Positions 41,677-64,000 of a stretch of 64,000 nt of DNA are shown here, one piece after another. How positions within the stretch are numbered: the stretch's first letter is position 1; each line of letters opens with the position of its first letter. The DNA lies in assembly GCA_030141605.1 (NCBI GenBank), contig JAQGDQ010000987.1, positions 8,759 through 72,758 on the forward strand. Direction: 5' to 3'. The notes under the pieces are model-generated. The model did not search any database. It had not been told where the DNA came from and saw only the letters and a list, made by a program, of their open reading frames with translations. The DNA comes from Tubiluchus corallicola. Its lineage: Eukaryota > Animalia > Priapulida. The translations under genes and the position numbers were made by a program.

Positions 41677-44600
41677 CTCAAAGAACAAAAAGGAAAGAGG
41701 AACAATGCACTAAAAGTTCAACTAGTATTTTTTGCGTAGCTCCATGGCAGATCACAAAAAACTTCTCTATAATATACTTCAGTGTTAATTTTGTGCTAAC
41801 AATAAATGCTGTGTCATTTTCCAGTTTAAAACGAGCTAATCATTCACGTTCTGCACGCGTTTTTCACAAATTAAAAATTCTATTAAGCAGCACTTCATGA
41901 TGCTGATTTCACTAACGATTACAGACGACACGTGTTTGATTAACTGGCAGTGATTTGCACTCCTCATCCACGAAGCAACTTTCTTTATTCTGGAGCGGAT
42001 GATCTCCTGCAAAACTTGGCTTCAAATGACCTACTGTTTAGTTAAAACTAACAAACTCTGCAGCGCAGTTCAGGTAATGATAGACGAGCTGGAGTAAAGT
42101 GGGTTTTTCGGTTTCATTAAGGGTTGCATAGCACGCCAAATCGAAAAATACCAAGAGGGGCAGCTGCAGCTGATTTTGGATTCTTGTGCATCCCAAAGTT
42201 ACTGCCAGGAATTTTAAAATTGTCAAAATGAATATATTTGCAATCTGCGTTGTTTCGAGTGTATTAAAATAAGAAGATGAAATCTATTATACAAAAGCAG
42301 TGACATATAAAATCAGTTTTTGTTCACATTTCAAAATCTATCGATTTTTCTTTTCAAATTAATGATAAAGGTATTTTTTGGAGAAAACACAAACGTCCAG
42401 CAACGAGTTTTAAGGAAACTTCTAAAGTTTCTGAGACAGAGTGCAGTTAACGGAATAAACTGTTGACACAATTACTGTTAACAGAAATTTTTAGTATATG
42501 AACTGCATACCATATTAATACTGACCTGAAAACGTTTAACACTGTCAATCATCAAAATCTGTTGAGCTAGTGATATACTGCGGTACAGCAGGGCACCAAA
42601 AACAGGGATTGTAAGGAACCTAACGAATTGCAGGCACATTGCTGCGATATTTTCTTGTTACCTAGTTAACCACATAGGGCGCTCCTCAAGGCTCAAAGCT
42701 GCTGCCAAATTTTTCAAATATCCGCTAACGTGCCTAATTGGCCAGGCGAAAAAAAGCGCGATCTACAAAATAATACTCCTCCTACAGTGTGAATGGCGCG
42801 TTGTTCTCTTGGGGCACGAATAAAAGTGAACAGAAAATAACGCTACTGCTCTGTAAGTAGGCCCGTTTAACTTTGGCTTCACTTTACTGAATTATTAATG
42901 ATTTCCTCAGAGGCTAGTAAAAATCTATATATTTTATTTTCAGTAAAATTACCTGTATATATTGAAAAAACCATTTAAATTAACAAGATTTATCATTCGG
43001 GAAAGATAATTGGGCCAATTATTAAAGTTTATGTTGTAGGCAATGACCAAAGATTTATTTAAGTATTTTTAGATATTTGATCGTATAAACGTACGTTCAA
43101 CCAAGGTCAAAAGTAACATTTTTCCTGAAAAAAATTAAGAACAAAAGGAGAACGAAGTGTTGTAAATTTTTTCCCTATACCTTCATCATGCAATTAGAGT
43201 CTTACCGTAACCGTACAGAGTCTTACAGATGGAAGATGTGTGTTACACTTGATGTGTGTTACCCTGCCTGATATTCTCACAATAATGAACTATAGCTGAC
43301 TAATAATTTCTATTATTTAAGCTAATATGGCTTTATTTGATATTTGTAAAGCTGTGAAAGGATCGAATGCTCACTCTGTTGCCATCCTCTATGTTATCAG
43401 TAACTAACATGATTTTCCTTGCCTATATCATTAGTACGTCAACGGCGCATAAATTTGTCCACAAGCAATGCAATTATGCAACTGTCAATGCATCAGAGAA
43501 AGTAAACCACAATTCTGTCTACCATAATAACTAGTTTGTAAGTTGGTCAACAATTCTCTTCTTTTCTTGGATATTTCTACTTTGTCGATTCAGATTGTCT
43601 TTGTCGATGCAAGAAAGTAATTCTTTGCACTGACCAGGAGGTAATTGCGTTTGACGCATAAATGATTACATACCCAGCCACAATTATATACGTGTTTGGC
43701 TGAGCAAAAATTCACTGCCTGTGATGCCCTATAGTTATGGGCAATATTGGTCACATTATGCAGTTTCAATTGGCATACAGTATATAACGATTTATTTGAA
43801 GATTAATGGTTAACTCACACAGATTCAATAGTTCTTCATATAAACAAATTTTTTCGGGGATCTTTGTTCTAGTTGTCAACAAAATTTAGCGAAAATATTG
43901 TAACAAACAGCCTAATAATAATTTGGGATCCAAATAAACGAACGCAGCTTGAAATTGCGCGATTTCGCCCACGCAAATAATGCGATATGCTAAAACCTAC
44001 ATGACAACGTACCTGTTGAAGATATGGTCAAACAGACTGAGGAATCGAGCGCAGTTACAAGGAGAAAGGGCAATTGAAATAAAAGCGCACATTACACCTC
44101 TTGAATAAAAGCGAAAGGCTTGTTGAGACGACGGCAGATAATTTACTTTTAAATTTCTAGAGAGGAACTAGACTCTTATCATCAGAGATCAAAGCATAAA
44201 TCGTACAATTGACTGTGACCAGAGAAGAACGAACTGCTGTACATTCATTTTTTTGCTGTAGATTGGTAAACGAAGATAAGAGGTTGTCACTGCGCAACCG
44301 AATTCCAACTTTGAACTTGAGAGAGATAATAAGTGAAAGGAACATTAATGAATGTAAATTTTTTTAAATACTGTAAGGGAAATAATCGTGAAAAAACTAT
44401 TAGAATGCCCGCAAATATTAGCTTGCTAAAAATATTCTGTCTTCTTTTTTTTTGGTAAAACATTATTGTAAGGTATAATTTTAAGTCTGTTAAAATTAAT
44501 GAAAATTGTTCGAATTTTTATACGTCGCTTTTCATAACCCTAAGCCTTTGTCCATTTAAAAGTTTAGCGAAATTAACAATGTTATAACGTCTTTTGTAAA

Positions 44601-45335
44601 AAGGCGTAGCGTTTTACGTGAAGTTGAGTCCACGACTAAAAAGTTTAGCGAATCTCAAACGGGAGGCACTTGGAAAAATTTCAAATGTAAGTGAATCAAT
44701 CAGAGAAAAACTCCAAAAGTGGAAACCTTCTCTGTATGTGCAAATACGATAAATAGGTATATACACGTTTACATATACAAGGTGTTGTACTTCTCAACAA
44801 TATAGTTAATGTTTAAATCAAATACAAGTTTGTGAACCATTCAATAAGGATTTCTTTTTTATCTGACTGCAATTAAAAATGAGATTTAATTTCACAAATT
44901 GTTTTAGTAATGTACCATTATAAAAGTATGACACAGAATAATATATTAGATGTCAATTGAAAATGTGGAGAGGTGAATAAACGTGGCTTTGACAAACTCT
45001 ACAATAGGTCAAAAGAAACGCAATTCAAATGCAATACAAAAATAGGGTCACTCATGTCAAATCAATAATTCATTCTTATTTTGATAAAAAGAAAACACTT
45101 TCACTTAGCAGTTACAGCAATCATTTAATTATTTCCTAGACAACTGTTTAATTTGACTAAATTTTAATAAAGATAGCTTGTTATAATCATCAATTACTAT
45201 ACTTGCTTCAGATACGCAAGTGCAGTAATTTGAAAACAGGAACAGACTGATTTCCTGTTATAGCCGTCCCAGAAATCTAAGCGGCAGCTTCAAACTCCGC
45301 ATCATAAGTCCTTACCATGCCTTTTTAAAGCGTTG

Positions 45336-45436
<101 letters not shown>

Positions 45437-48312
45437 CACTGGACGATGCAGCACTCATTGCCTTAATAAAAGAGTTTGCCACATTTGGAGGTGTGTGCAA
45501 CTTCCGTTAAGGAGTATAATATGTAAGTAACCAGGTTGGTACGCTAAGAGATAGCCAGAAACACTCATTTTACTAATCATCCTCAGTGCTGTTTAACTTT
45601 CGCTGTTTTCGAGCTTCGTCGCCGCTTTTTTCGCTTAAGATTCACGAAGTACGCCATATTTAATCAAGTTTGGTGTCCTTTCTTGTCTTCTGCCATATTA
45701 TCTCCTTAAGAACAAGACTGCGTCGTTTCCTGTTCAACTACTGCGTGACAATTTTATGTCAGTGGAGATTATCAGATAAATAAATGTTACTTTCAGTTTA
45801 ATAAAAGGTACCTCTTTTAACAGTCTCTGCGAACCCTGGGGCTGTTAGCTAGTTGTTGTCCACGGCGTGTCCTTCCTAGTTTCACCATTTAAAGGTATAA
45901 AATTATTAAATTGTATCCGTTTTACAAAATTTTTATCTGTTTATATAAAACAGATAGTATAATGAAAGATCTTGATTTTATCATTTTTATTAAAACACAA
46001 GTTTATTTATTGGTTTTTATATATATGTGTGTGTATATATATCTTTTATATCTTTTGGTTCTATTACAATATAGCCGTAGTACCTGTCTGACATACTAAT
46101 TCTCTCACCTATCTGTGTCACGCGTACAACTTTCTCTGTCGTTCCTTTACTCTATAACGCTTGAATATGTGTCAGGTGTGTCATAAATGTTAAGTCTACT
46201 GGACACTGTAATTTTCAGTAATGCTTGGTTAACGTGCATCACATTGTGGGCATATCTACAACACACTTAACAGCGTAAGCTATTCTGCTTTAATTAAAAT
46301 AAAATAAATCTCAATGAAATGTGGTGATTATTTCAAAAAAGAGACCTAAAATTAATCTATATCCATAACCCACACTCATTTACAAAAACTAGTAACTTCG
46401 TCGTTTTCGTATGATTTGGTAGCGCCCTCTCTTCTGAGTGTTTCGGATAGTACAGGTGGCTATAATAGTTTATCGGTCAATGATTTCGATAAATCGTATA
46501 TAACCAAAAGAGGCCGTAAATGACTTGCCAATTGCTTATACACACGGAGAACAAAAGTTTGTGCCTGGGTAGCTAGTTTAGTGGTGAGTGTTGTACATAT
46601 AGTTCTCACTCTGAACATGCAAAAGTGATAGTTTTTCAACAGAAAAAGAAAAACTCATTTGGAAGAAAACCATTAATTTTCCAACAATTTCATAGCGGGA
46701 AATTGTTCGCATACACAGTGGTCGTTTCTTCCAAATTAGTTTTCAATATTGCTTGTGATCGTTCTTTAGTGTTTCTGTGAAATCTCCAGAATCATTAGTA
46801 GAAGCGGCGACTGTACTGGTTTAGTATAATTTATTTTAATTATTATTTAATTTGGAGACAGAGTGAGCAATAACTCTGTTTTCTGTGCAAGGAAGGATGA
46901 GAGTTACACAAACAGATGGGAGTATCTGTTGTTGTAAATAACACAGAAAAGAAAAGAAAAGAAATGCATTTCATACATTAATACAGTAAATTTAATTGCT
47001 ATAAGTTAAGAAGAGCAGAAAATCACGTTAAAATTTATTAAAATTTATTACCAAATTCCATTTAAAAAGCTGTAAATTCTCAAAAAGCCGTTCAATCTAT
47101 TTTTCCTACTCACACTTATCTCTTTGTTTTAAATATTGAATGATAATGTTTAAATAACATAGCTGTTTAAAAAGCAGAAGATTTTGGGGACAAATCCCGG
47201 TGGAGGTGTAATTTTTTTGTTTTCGCGCGTTTATATCATTAATATATTGCATGAATAGGCATACTGTTTTGGATCTTGGGAATGCGCGAGAATATATTAT
47301 TGTTTGCAAAGAATTTTTCACTCTTGGAGAGTCAGCCTTTTGAAAAATAATCATTTTCACACATTTACGTTAAAGATACTTAAAGCGATATAAGATTTTG
47401 GAAAATAGCAAAACAACCCTCTTGAAAACAGCGCTGACTTGAGAGAACATACAGAAAAGTTATATGACTTTTATCATGTCACACTACAATGTTTGAAGGC
47501 ACACTTTGTTTTTATTTTTTCTTTAGCAAACCAGTATCACCATTAAAACATTGTGCTGTACAAAAAAAATTACACTTTCATTATAAATTTTTAACAGCAA
47601 TTGGCAACACGCGACTTTTGTCACGAAGAGAATTTTAAATTAAAATTTACAACAAAAAAGACGTTAAATATGATGACCTATACAAATATTATTTCGAGAG
47701 GTTCCTTAAAAATTATAAACATATAAAGACAAAATAATCAGGCAATGGTCATTGTTCAACAAATAAAATAAAAAATTTAACTAAAAATAGCATTTGTGAC
47801 TTGAAAAGTATTCGTAATTTAAAATACAAATAATTAAAAAGAGCGTGCAGTGTGCCCTGATTCGTTTATTGTAGCATTTAAAAGGACCTCGTAATAGAAC
47901 AACGTTGGTGTTTCTAGAAAAAATACAGCTATTTCACTACTGTGACTATCTAGCAGTTTAATTAGAATGTGGTTATGCTAAATCAAAACTGTAAAAATAT
48001 CAAATTACTAAATAAGTTTTAATTAACTAGAAATTGGGCATCAGCTAAAAGCGTTGTAGCAGATGTAAGGAGGTAGCCGAATGAAAATAAAGCAGCAGCG
48101 CACTCTGGTGTGAAATTGAGTAACCACTATTTTCGTGTTTCTAATAATGCCAAGAGTTTTGTCACACCACGTATCTGCATTACATATACAGAAGAGCCAT
48201 GAACAGAAAAGTAAAGTATGAAAGGGAAATCAGTAGGGTATGTTAGACGTTTTTAATTTTTTCAACGGTTCCAATGCATATATCTGTGTTTATATTTTAT
48301 TTTTAGGTTGAA

Positions 48313-49368
48313 ATGAGGACTCTTTCTGTTCTTGTGCTCCTAGGGAGTGTGTCTAGTATTCTCTGCAGCGGACTTGGAGGTGGCGGAGGAGGATATGGAG
48401 GAGGAGGAGGCAGCTTAGGAAATGTCGGCGGAATCTCACTCGGCGTTGGAGGTGGACAGTATGGTGGAGGAGGCCTCTATGGTGGAGGATATGGATTAGG
48501 TGGAGTAAGTGGCGGCTTAGGTGGTGGCTTAGGCGGTGGCGTAGGCGGATATTCTGGCAGAGGTTTCGTGGGAGGCGGAATTGGCACTGGCGTTGGAGTA
48601 GGATTGGGCGCTGGTGGTGTTGGCGGATTTGGAGGCATCGGTGGTGGTGTGTCCGGAGGCAGCTTTGGCGGTGGCATTGGTGGCTTTGGTGGCGTTGGAG
48701 GAGGAGCTGGCAATTTCGGTGTTAGCCGTGTTGGAGGTGGTCTTGGAGGATTTGGAGGCACTAGCGGATTCATCGGCGGTACTGGTGTTGGCGGTGCTGG
48801 TATTGGCGGTGCTGGTATTGGCGGTGCTCGTATTGGCGGTGCTGGTATTGGCGGTGCTGGTATTGGCGGTGCTCGTATTGGCGGTGCTGGTATTGGCGGT
48901 GTTGGTATTGGCGGTGCTGTTGATGTTCGTAACTATGGCAACATCGACTCACAAGCCTATGGAATCAACCCATTTTCTGGCAACTATGTTGATGTTGAGG
49001 CTTTCGATTTCAATGGTGCCCGCAATGAGGCAAGACAACTCGCACCCCAGACCCAAACCGTACAAGAAAATGTGGTCGTCGGAAAGACCTACCGTAAAGG
49101 AAGTGCCAGAGAGTATGAGCAGAGTAGTGCCAACCGAGCCGGAACCGGAAAAGGTGAAGCTGGTATCACACTTGAAGCCGCAAGATCAGCAACTCAGAAT
49201 GCTGAACAAAGCTACACTCAGGAAGCCAGCGGTGCCGGCAAAGTCGAAGAAGGTAGCGCCTACGCGTTTGAGCGACAACCCAGAATTCAGTTCCAAGCTG
49301 TTAGAGTTGACTCTCTTCCTGTTCACTCTGGTCCCAAAGAGAAAGTTCCCGTAAGAACTGGATGGTAA
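48313..49368 (+). CDS. Secreted glycine-rich structural-type protein (351 aa)
   Basis: Intact ORF that is GC-richer than its flanks. Signal-peptide-like N-terminus MRTLSVLVLLGSVSSILC, about 185-aa Gly-rich region with GGY/GGF/GGL and (G/R)IGGA repeats, and a polar C-terminal domain. A splice acceptor ttttag lies just before the ATG, implying a 5' UTR intron. Confidence 0.9.
   Translation: MRTLSVLVLLGSVSSILCSGLGGGGGGYGGGGGSLGNVGGISLGVGGGQYGGGGLYGGGYGLGGVSGGLGGGLGGGVGGYSGRGFVGGGIGTGVGVGLGAGGVGGFGGIGGGVSGGSFGGGIGGFGGVGGGAGNFGVSRVGGGLGGFGGTSGFIGGTGVGGAGIGGAGIGGARIGGAGIGGAGIGGARIGGAGIGGVGIGGAVDVRNYGNIDSQAYGINPFSGNYVDVEAFDFNGARNEARQLAPQTQTVQENVVVGKTYRKGSAREYEQSSANRAGTGKGEAGITLEAARSATQNAEQSYTQEASGAGKVEEGSAYAFERQPRIQFQAVRVDSLPVHSGPKEKVPVRTGW
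48784..48918 (+). repeat. Coding 15-bp tandem repeat x9 (GIGGA/RIGGA)
   Basis: Units of (g/c)gtattggcggtgct. Confidence 0.95.
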
Positions 49369-50179
49369 TCTCATCGCTCACCCAATAGTATACTGCAATA
49401 GTATTCCTACCTTTTGTACAATGTACATACTTTCATGGCATAAACTCAATGATATTAGTTTTGTTTATTTTATTGTTTATATTTGTATACCGGGTTGAGA
49501 CGTTTCTCTCTTTGTGTAGCAAGCGAAAGAAAAGATGTCAAATTGCAGGATTGCAAGTGTTGCAAAAACGCATTTTGACATTGTTCTTAATCAGAATACC
49601 ATCAAACTTGAAAATTTATTACCATAGAGTTCTAGGCAGTAAGTAACTCCTTCATCATCATTGTTGTTGCTATTATTATTATTATTATTGTGGTTATTGT
49701 TATGTAAACACGCAAACATTTTGTCTCCATGGGTTTAAGCAGTTGTGACACTGACAGGGCCATCATTGTTTATCATAGTTATTTTGTTTGTTTATGCAAT
49801 CACATTGTTATAAAAATACTATCAAACAGTAAAATTTTAGTTTTTTGGTTTCTTATTGTTTTACGGAAGCCAGAGCTGTAATGGGAAGCAGAAGGAATTT
49901 GTTTCGCGGAGACCAGCAGGAGGAGTTTTGGCAAATCAATCAAGGTTTCAAACATGAACGTCATTTCGAAGATGTTTTAAATATAAACAGACATTAAATT
50001 AAGAAGGCACCGATCCAAAAGATCACATCAGTGAAAATGGAAACAAAAAAAGAAATTATGACTCGTGAAGAAAAAACAAAAAGGGAGGAATTAACTTGAA
50101 ATTTAAAAACCGGGAGACAGTAAGGAGGAAAACAGAAAAACAAAACTTGGGGAAAAACGACAAAGACACAAACTGGAAG

Positions 50180-50224
50180 AAAGGGAGAAAGAAAGAAAGA
50201 AAGAAAGAAAGCAAGCAAGCAAGC

Positions 50225-50288
<64 letters not shown>

Positions 50289-50310
50289 AAAAAGAAAGAA
50301 AGAAAGAAGA
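50180..50310. repeat. (GAAA)n microsatellite
   Basis: Directly visible. Confidence 0.9.
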
Positions 50311-51209
50311 AAGGCAGGTAGGAGGAAAATAAAAAATAAAAATGAAAGAGGAAAAGAGAAATAAAGACAAATAAAAGAAAAGACAAATAAAGAAAAAAGA
50401 AAACAATAAAAAAAGAAAAGCAACAAACAGAAGAAAGAAAAACGAACAATCAAAATAAAAAAGGAAAACAAAGTTTCCCCAAAGGCAGTCCTTGCTCTAT
50501 AAAGCTTAGCTTCTGCATCTGTCGTGATTCTACTCTAGTAGGAAGGCAATGCTTGATTTTTACTTACGTAACAAGTCACTTTTGTGGACAAACAACACAG
50601 CTACTGAAACCAAACCCCAGTCCGCTAATATTGTGTCAAACATTGCCGTGGTCCATGCAGATCGAATTTCATCAAACACTGCATTCAACATGTCTAGTTC
50701 TACAAAAGATTGGTAGTCAGGTCTCTGTTCTCTTTTTGCTTTAAAACACTCAAGGGCCGTAAGTTCACAAGGCCTTCTCTAAAGAAACATATATATGCGT
50801 AAAACTGCATTCTTATTCGGTTTACAATCACCTGGGTCATTAGTAATTCGTGGCATTAATGTTTAAATTAGCAGTCAGAGCAAATATGCCAACGAGACAT
50901 AGTTACTGAGTGTATATGCAGTCTATTAAATTCAGTAGTTTTGTATAGTGGGTGTGTTCAATTTAAGTTAAATACATGTAGATTCAATTAAATGGTAGAT
51001 GAACTAAATTGTAAATTAAGAACAAGCTGTAATTGCAAATTTAATAAAAAGCAATTTAGGTAAGTATATAGTACAATGGTAAAAGTGGCAACACTTTACT
51101 ACAGTATAGTGAGCTCCCTAAAGAGATTAAGCAAAGTTAACAGAACCAAAAAGCTCAATAGCATTCTTTCGTCATTATATACTTCTGTGGTATTTCATCG
51201 GAAATATAC

Positions 51210-51500
51210 GACAGCTTCGCCAGTGTACAAACTTGCCAGCTGGACGAAATCACTGGAAAAGTATACCACTGGCGAAGCCTGCACTATCAAAATGCGCGCT
51301 GACAAAATGTATATCTGGTGAAGTGTGCACTGGCAAAATGGTGCACTACAAATTGCGGTATTGGCAAAGTGTCTGACCAGCAAAATTGTGCACGCGGCGA
51401 AGTGTATGTTGACGAAATGTACCAATGGTGATCTGTGTAACTGGCGAACTATATAATTGGCGAAAAGATCTAGTGCATTGGTGAAATGTCAAATGGCAAA
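51210..51500. repeat. Degenerate array of tgg(c/t)(g/a)aa modules, likely the interior of a non-autonomous element
   Basis: Recurring tggcgaa/tggcaaa/tggtgaa at about 15-25 bp spacing, with inverted copies (ttcgcca, ttgcca) at the left end. Confidence 0.55.
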
Positions 51501-52313
51501 ATGGATGGCTACTTTTCACGGAGTATTTACTTCAACGTCGTGCATGCCAGTCATTTTGCTTTCCGTGTTTTACGTACATTATAACGGTACTTGATAAACT
51601 GTGTAGTCGGATATTAATTTTTTTCGATATCTGGATCCTTCACTCTTTTGAACTTATTTTAAGAGTCAAAAGACCACAGAAAAGTAAGAAAAGGCGGTTT
51701 ACTAAGTTGTTTATATAACACTGCACGGTTCGGTATAGACTGCCTCAAACTGCTTGGAACTAACATTGCTCTATTTTCCAAGGGTGGAACGAACCATCGG
51801 TCAGTGCTTGTTTCTGCCATTTTGCCACTTACATCCTAATACATGTAAACCAACCAAGCAAACTATTGTGGCAAGTAACAAAAAGCAATCATCGCTCTTG
51901 TAAGAGTAGAAATAGTGTTGCAAAAACTACTAGGCCTAGAATTTTTTACCGGAATCTCCCAGATCTACTCGTACGTCTCAAGGCCGTTCACAGAGGTCAT
52001 GTTTATTTACGCATTCTATACGTTAGGAAACTCACTAGATGTGTTCGGTTCTTGCACTTACCACGTAGGAACCTTTGTTTTAATAGTTAAAACTGTTGTT
52101 ATGCATGTACAGCTACAAATATGAATAAGTACTGTAAGTGTGTTGAAAAAGTGATAAAAAATTTCAAAGTTACCGGCGTTCAATCTTGCCTTTTCTCTAC
52201 AGAAGTGAGGTAAGTAACATTAATCTTATTCTGCTTTTCATATAAATTAAGATATTCGCAAAAAATAAGAGTTTTCGCACTCCTAGCACGGGATCTACAT
52301 GTGTAATTGGGAC

Positions 52314-52321
52314 CGGAAGTG
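52314..52321 (+). promoter_or_regulatory. ETS-type motif ACCGGAAGT, candidate DMGDH promoter element
   Basis: Consensus motif in a locally GC-richer patch about 500 bp before the first recognised DMGDH exon. Confidence 0.3.
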
Positions 52322-52820
52322 GCACGGTGCAAGTAACGCACGCTACGGGGAGTATTGATTGCATTGCATAGCGTTTTCACTCACATTATCACATAGACGT
52401 GTCAGCTCTTGGTTTTTTTGTAAAATGGAATGAAATATTACGTAATTAGTTTCTAAAATTTATTTAGCTCTTTTAAATGTATTAAATTGGATTAAATTGA
52501 ATTGAATTGCTTCATATTTTAGTCCTAAATATAGACTGAATTAAAGCGCTCAGATAGCCAACTATCAAAGTTGCATTTTATTAAATTCTGCAAAAAATAT
52601 CTAGGTATTTTTGAAAATGGTTTGCAAATGAAATGCTAATATTAATTAAGCTACTGACTTGTAATTAAACATGTTGAACACTAAACCAAGGTTTAAACCT
52701 TTTGACGTCAATTTTGTATGAAAGTCTGTCATGGTGCCATAAAAATCGATAAAAAACGATGAGACTTCTATAATCACTTTTTTATACAAAGTATAAAATA
52801 TTTTTAATAATTTTTTTCAG

Positions 52821-61524
<8,704 letters not shown>

Positions 61525-61701
61525 GTACAAACAATTATCTGATCTACATCAGCTACCATGTTGTACCGAGCACTAAAATAGGGCGACTTTTTGTGTAAAA
61601 CAAAAAATAAGCACGTTTAACAAATATTTGTGCATAGCTTTATCGGTTTCGCGCAAGAACACAAATCTATATCATACAAATTAATGCACGCAGACTTTGA
61701 T

Positions 61702-61764
61702 TCATGATCGAAAGAGGTGCAGAAATGGGCTACGCAGGTACGTGGAAAACTGATTCACTCTAAC

Positions 61765-61860
<96 letters not shown>

Positions 61861-61903
61861 TTTTTCTTTCTTTTAAGTTTGTTTATTATTTATTTAAAGA
61901 CTT
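61702..61903 (+). repeat. Diverged direct duplicate of 60851-61074 (DMGDH exon 3' end, donor and (AAT)n)
   Basis: tcatgatcgaaagaggtgcagaaatgggct..acgcaggtacgtggaaaactgattcactctaac(aat)n..tatttaaagactt, with a 3-nt deletion relative to the original. Confidence 0.95.
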
Positions 61904-62284
61904 ATCACCACCACGGCTGCCACTGCTGCCATCACCACCGCCACCACCACCACCACAACCACTGCCACCACCACCGCCATCAATATCACCGCTACCACCA
62001 CCGCCATCACACACACCATAGACAAAAATACTGTACCTCCGTCGCCATAATGATAATACAAATATCACGTGGCGATGAGTTTTTTGACAAAGTACACTAA
62101 GTAAAACTATATCTTATTTTATACAGTTTAATTGGTACAATTAGTCAGTTTTCTCTACTTAAAACGTATCTATATATCATAAGTTTACTGTTCGTACTTT
62201 GCTGACAAACTAAACTTAATCAATTTACTACGTAATTACTTAAAGTAACCTTACTACCAGTTAACTAAAAAACAACAGTTTTAC

Positions 62285-63490
62285 CTGTGTATGATATCCG
62301 AATTGCAATACATGGAATACCAGCAACATCTATTGTTCTTGCTGCCATAAATGGAAAAGCTTCGTCTGACAGTTCTGTTGAAGTCAGTTGTGACAGTGCA
62401 TCCCGTGATTTTGGACCTGCCAGACCAAGTGCAGCTATATTGTCTGTAACTGTCTTCAACTGTACATCATAATTACCAGCAAGACGTTGATCCTCCATCC
62501 ACCTATAATGTGATTTTATAATATTCCACTAAAGCTGATACAAAGGGAAAATCAGTAGTTGCTTTTAAACATTTTAGTGTAATAAAATTAGTCCAGTTAC
62601 TTATGTATTTTTTCCAATTTTTTGAGATTTGCAATACTTTTGGAATCTAAAAATCTGTCTTTCAGTTTTATCAAAATCTCTGTAGCTGTCATCTTGATAT
62701 TCAAAATGTCTGCTTCTAAGTTGGGCAGAGTTGGATAAAATGATTTCATTGGGTATTTTAGGCATTCAGGAAAAGAGATGCACTATTACGACCGAAAAAT
62801 ATTTAGTATTAAGTAAGATTATTGCTGCTATTCGGTATAGCAAATTGTTTCACAGGAACAATATGACAACAAATGTGTTGCAAGTATCCAATATCACAAG
62901 AAAGGTAGTACAGGCAGATCCTTAACCTTCCAAAAAATGTATAGGATATCTAATCTCCAAAAAATTTGAAGGAACCTTATGACCAGTACATTACATACTA
63001 GACTACTAGTGCCTAGGTGTAAATTAACAAGCCCCAAACTAAGATGAACCATATCTTGTGCGAGAACTTAAAGAAAAACAAAGCAAAGAGGTCTGGAAAT
63101 TCGTAAAAATAAATATGTCTTCTAACAAAATAGAACAGGTACTATTGTTGTTGAACGTTTGTAGCTCATGCGATATAAGGAGGATGGCGACAGATTCTGC
63201 CTCCAACCGGTAAGAATCTGGACAAACAAGTATAAGAATAGATTTTGGACGACAAGTTTTTACTTTGTATTGGGACAAACTTATGAAATATTAGCAACAC
63301 AACTTTGTTTCAACACAACAATTAACTTTTCCCTCTAAATTCGTTAAACTCACATTTACCTGAGGTCATGCAATTCAGCTCCTGAGCCTGTGATACAAAG
63401 GAACTTGTTTTTAGAAAGTCTCGTTATTGTCAGCTCACTGTAAACCTTGCCGCTAGCTGTCAGCATATGATTGATATTGGTGGTTCCTTC
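62285..63490 (-). CDS. DMGDH: Next two DMGDH exons (glycine cleavage T-protein-like folate domain), on the opposite strand
   Basis: 63490-63360 encodes [33 protein letters not shown] and 62502-62285 encodes [23 protein letters not shown]. Both have AG/GT ends and directly continue the + strand peptide ..CANFLPK in phase. Confidence 0.92.
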
Positions 63491-64000
63491 CTAAAAAGTA
63501 AACTACATAAAATACTAGTCACACACCCGACAGAAAAAGTCGTATGCAGCAAACTGTGTGATGCCAAATGTCTCACACAAAATTTGAGCGTACGCGCCAA
63601 CTTTTGTATGAACTAACTTTTTGTGACAAAATGATTGTTTTTTATTTGTGTGACCTGGTTTTGTATTACAGACTTGATTGATTGATTATAATTTTATTTC
63701 AGACAAGAACGTCCGTATAAAAATGCAATATAATACATAATATATAATTCGTGAAATTAAAATAGCCTTAACTAAAATCTAATTACTAAAAACAAAGATT
63801 AAATTAATTGCACACAAACACATATATAAGCCAACGGAACATACATAATTACATTATCAATACACAATCAATTAACGTATTATTTGACATTCATAAATTC
63901 AAGTACTAAAATTGTTAGGTCTATGGAACATAAGTGACCTCTATTTCGCACGCAAAGTAGAATGAATATACGCGCCACTCTCTAAACTAGATTAAATGTT

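Noticed and set aside
48477-49354. Overlapping ORFs (Pro-rich antisense, poly-VLA alternative frame, QHRQY antisense)
   Set aside because: Shadows of GGN-rich codons and the 15-bp repeat of the real gene.
52669-52690. atgttgaacactaaaccaag|gt as DMGDH exon 1
   Set aside because: Phase fits, but the donor is weak and the peptide is too short for a mitochondrial presequence; unsupported.

Overview
AT-rich, intron-rich animal (probably invertebrate) nuclear DNA, annotated by eye. It contains four genes. (1) The last 24 coding exons of spatacsin/SPG11 (+, 455-27635), with two inferred GC-AG introns. (2) An unrecognised, probably disordered protein on the minus strand (exons 31532-32590 and about 41313-41676, plus a possible first exon across a (GA)n tract near 45.3-45.5 kb). 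(3) A single-coding-exon secreted Gly-rich protein (48313-49368). (4) Dimethylglycine dehydrogenase (DMGDH): ten exons lie on + (52821-61524), but the next two lie on the minus strand (63490-63360, 62502-62285), and a diverged duplicate of an exon end plus intron sits at the switch. Introns carry MITEs with readable TIRs and TSDs, tRNA-derived SINEs, LINE fragments, mini- and microsatellites, long hairpins and a minimal Penelope-type hammerhead ribozyme motif. Homology calls rest on recalled human sequences, not database searches.
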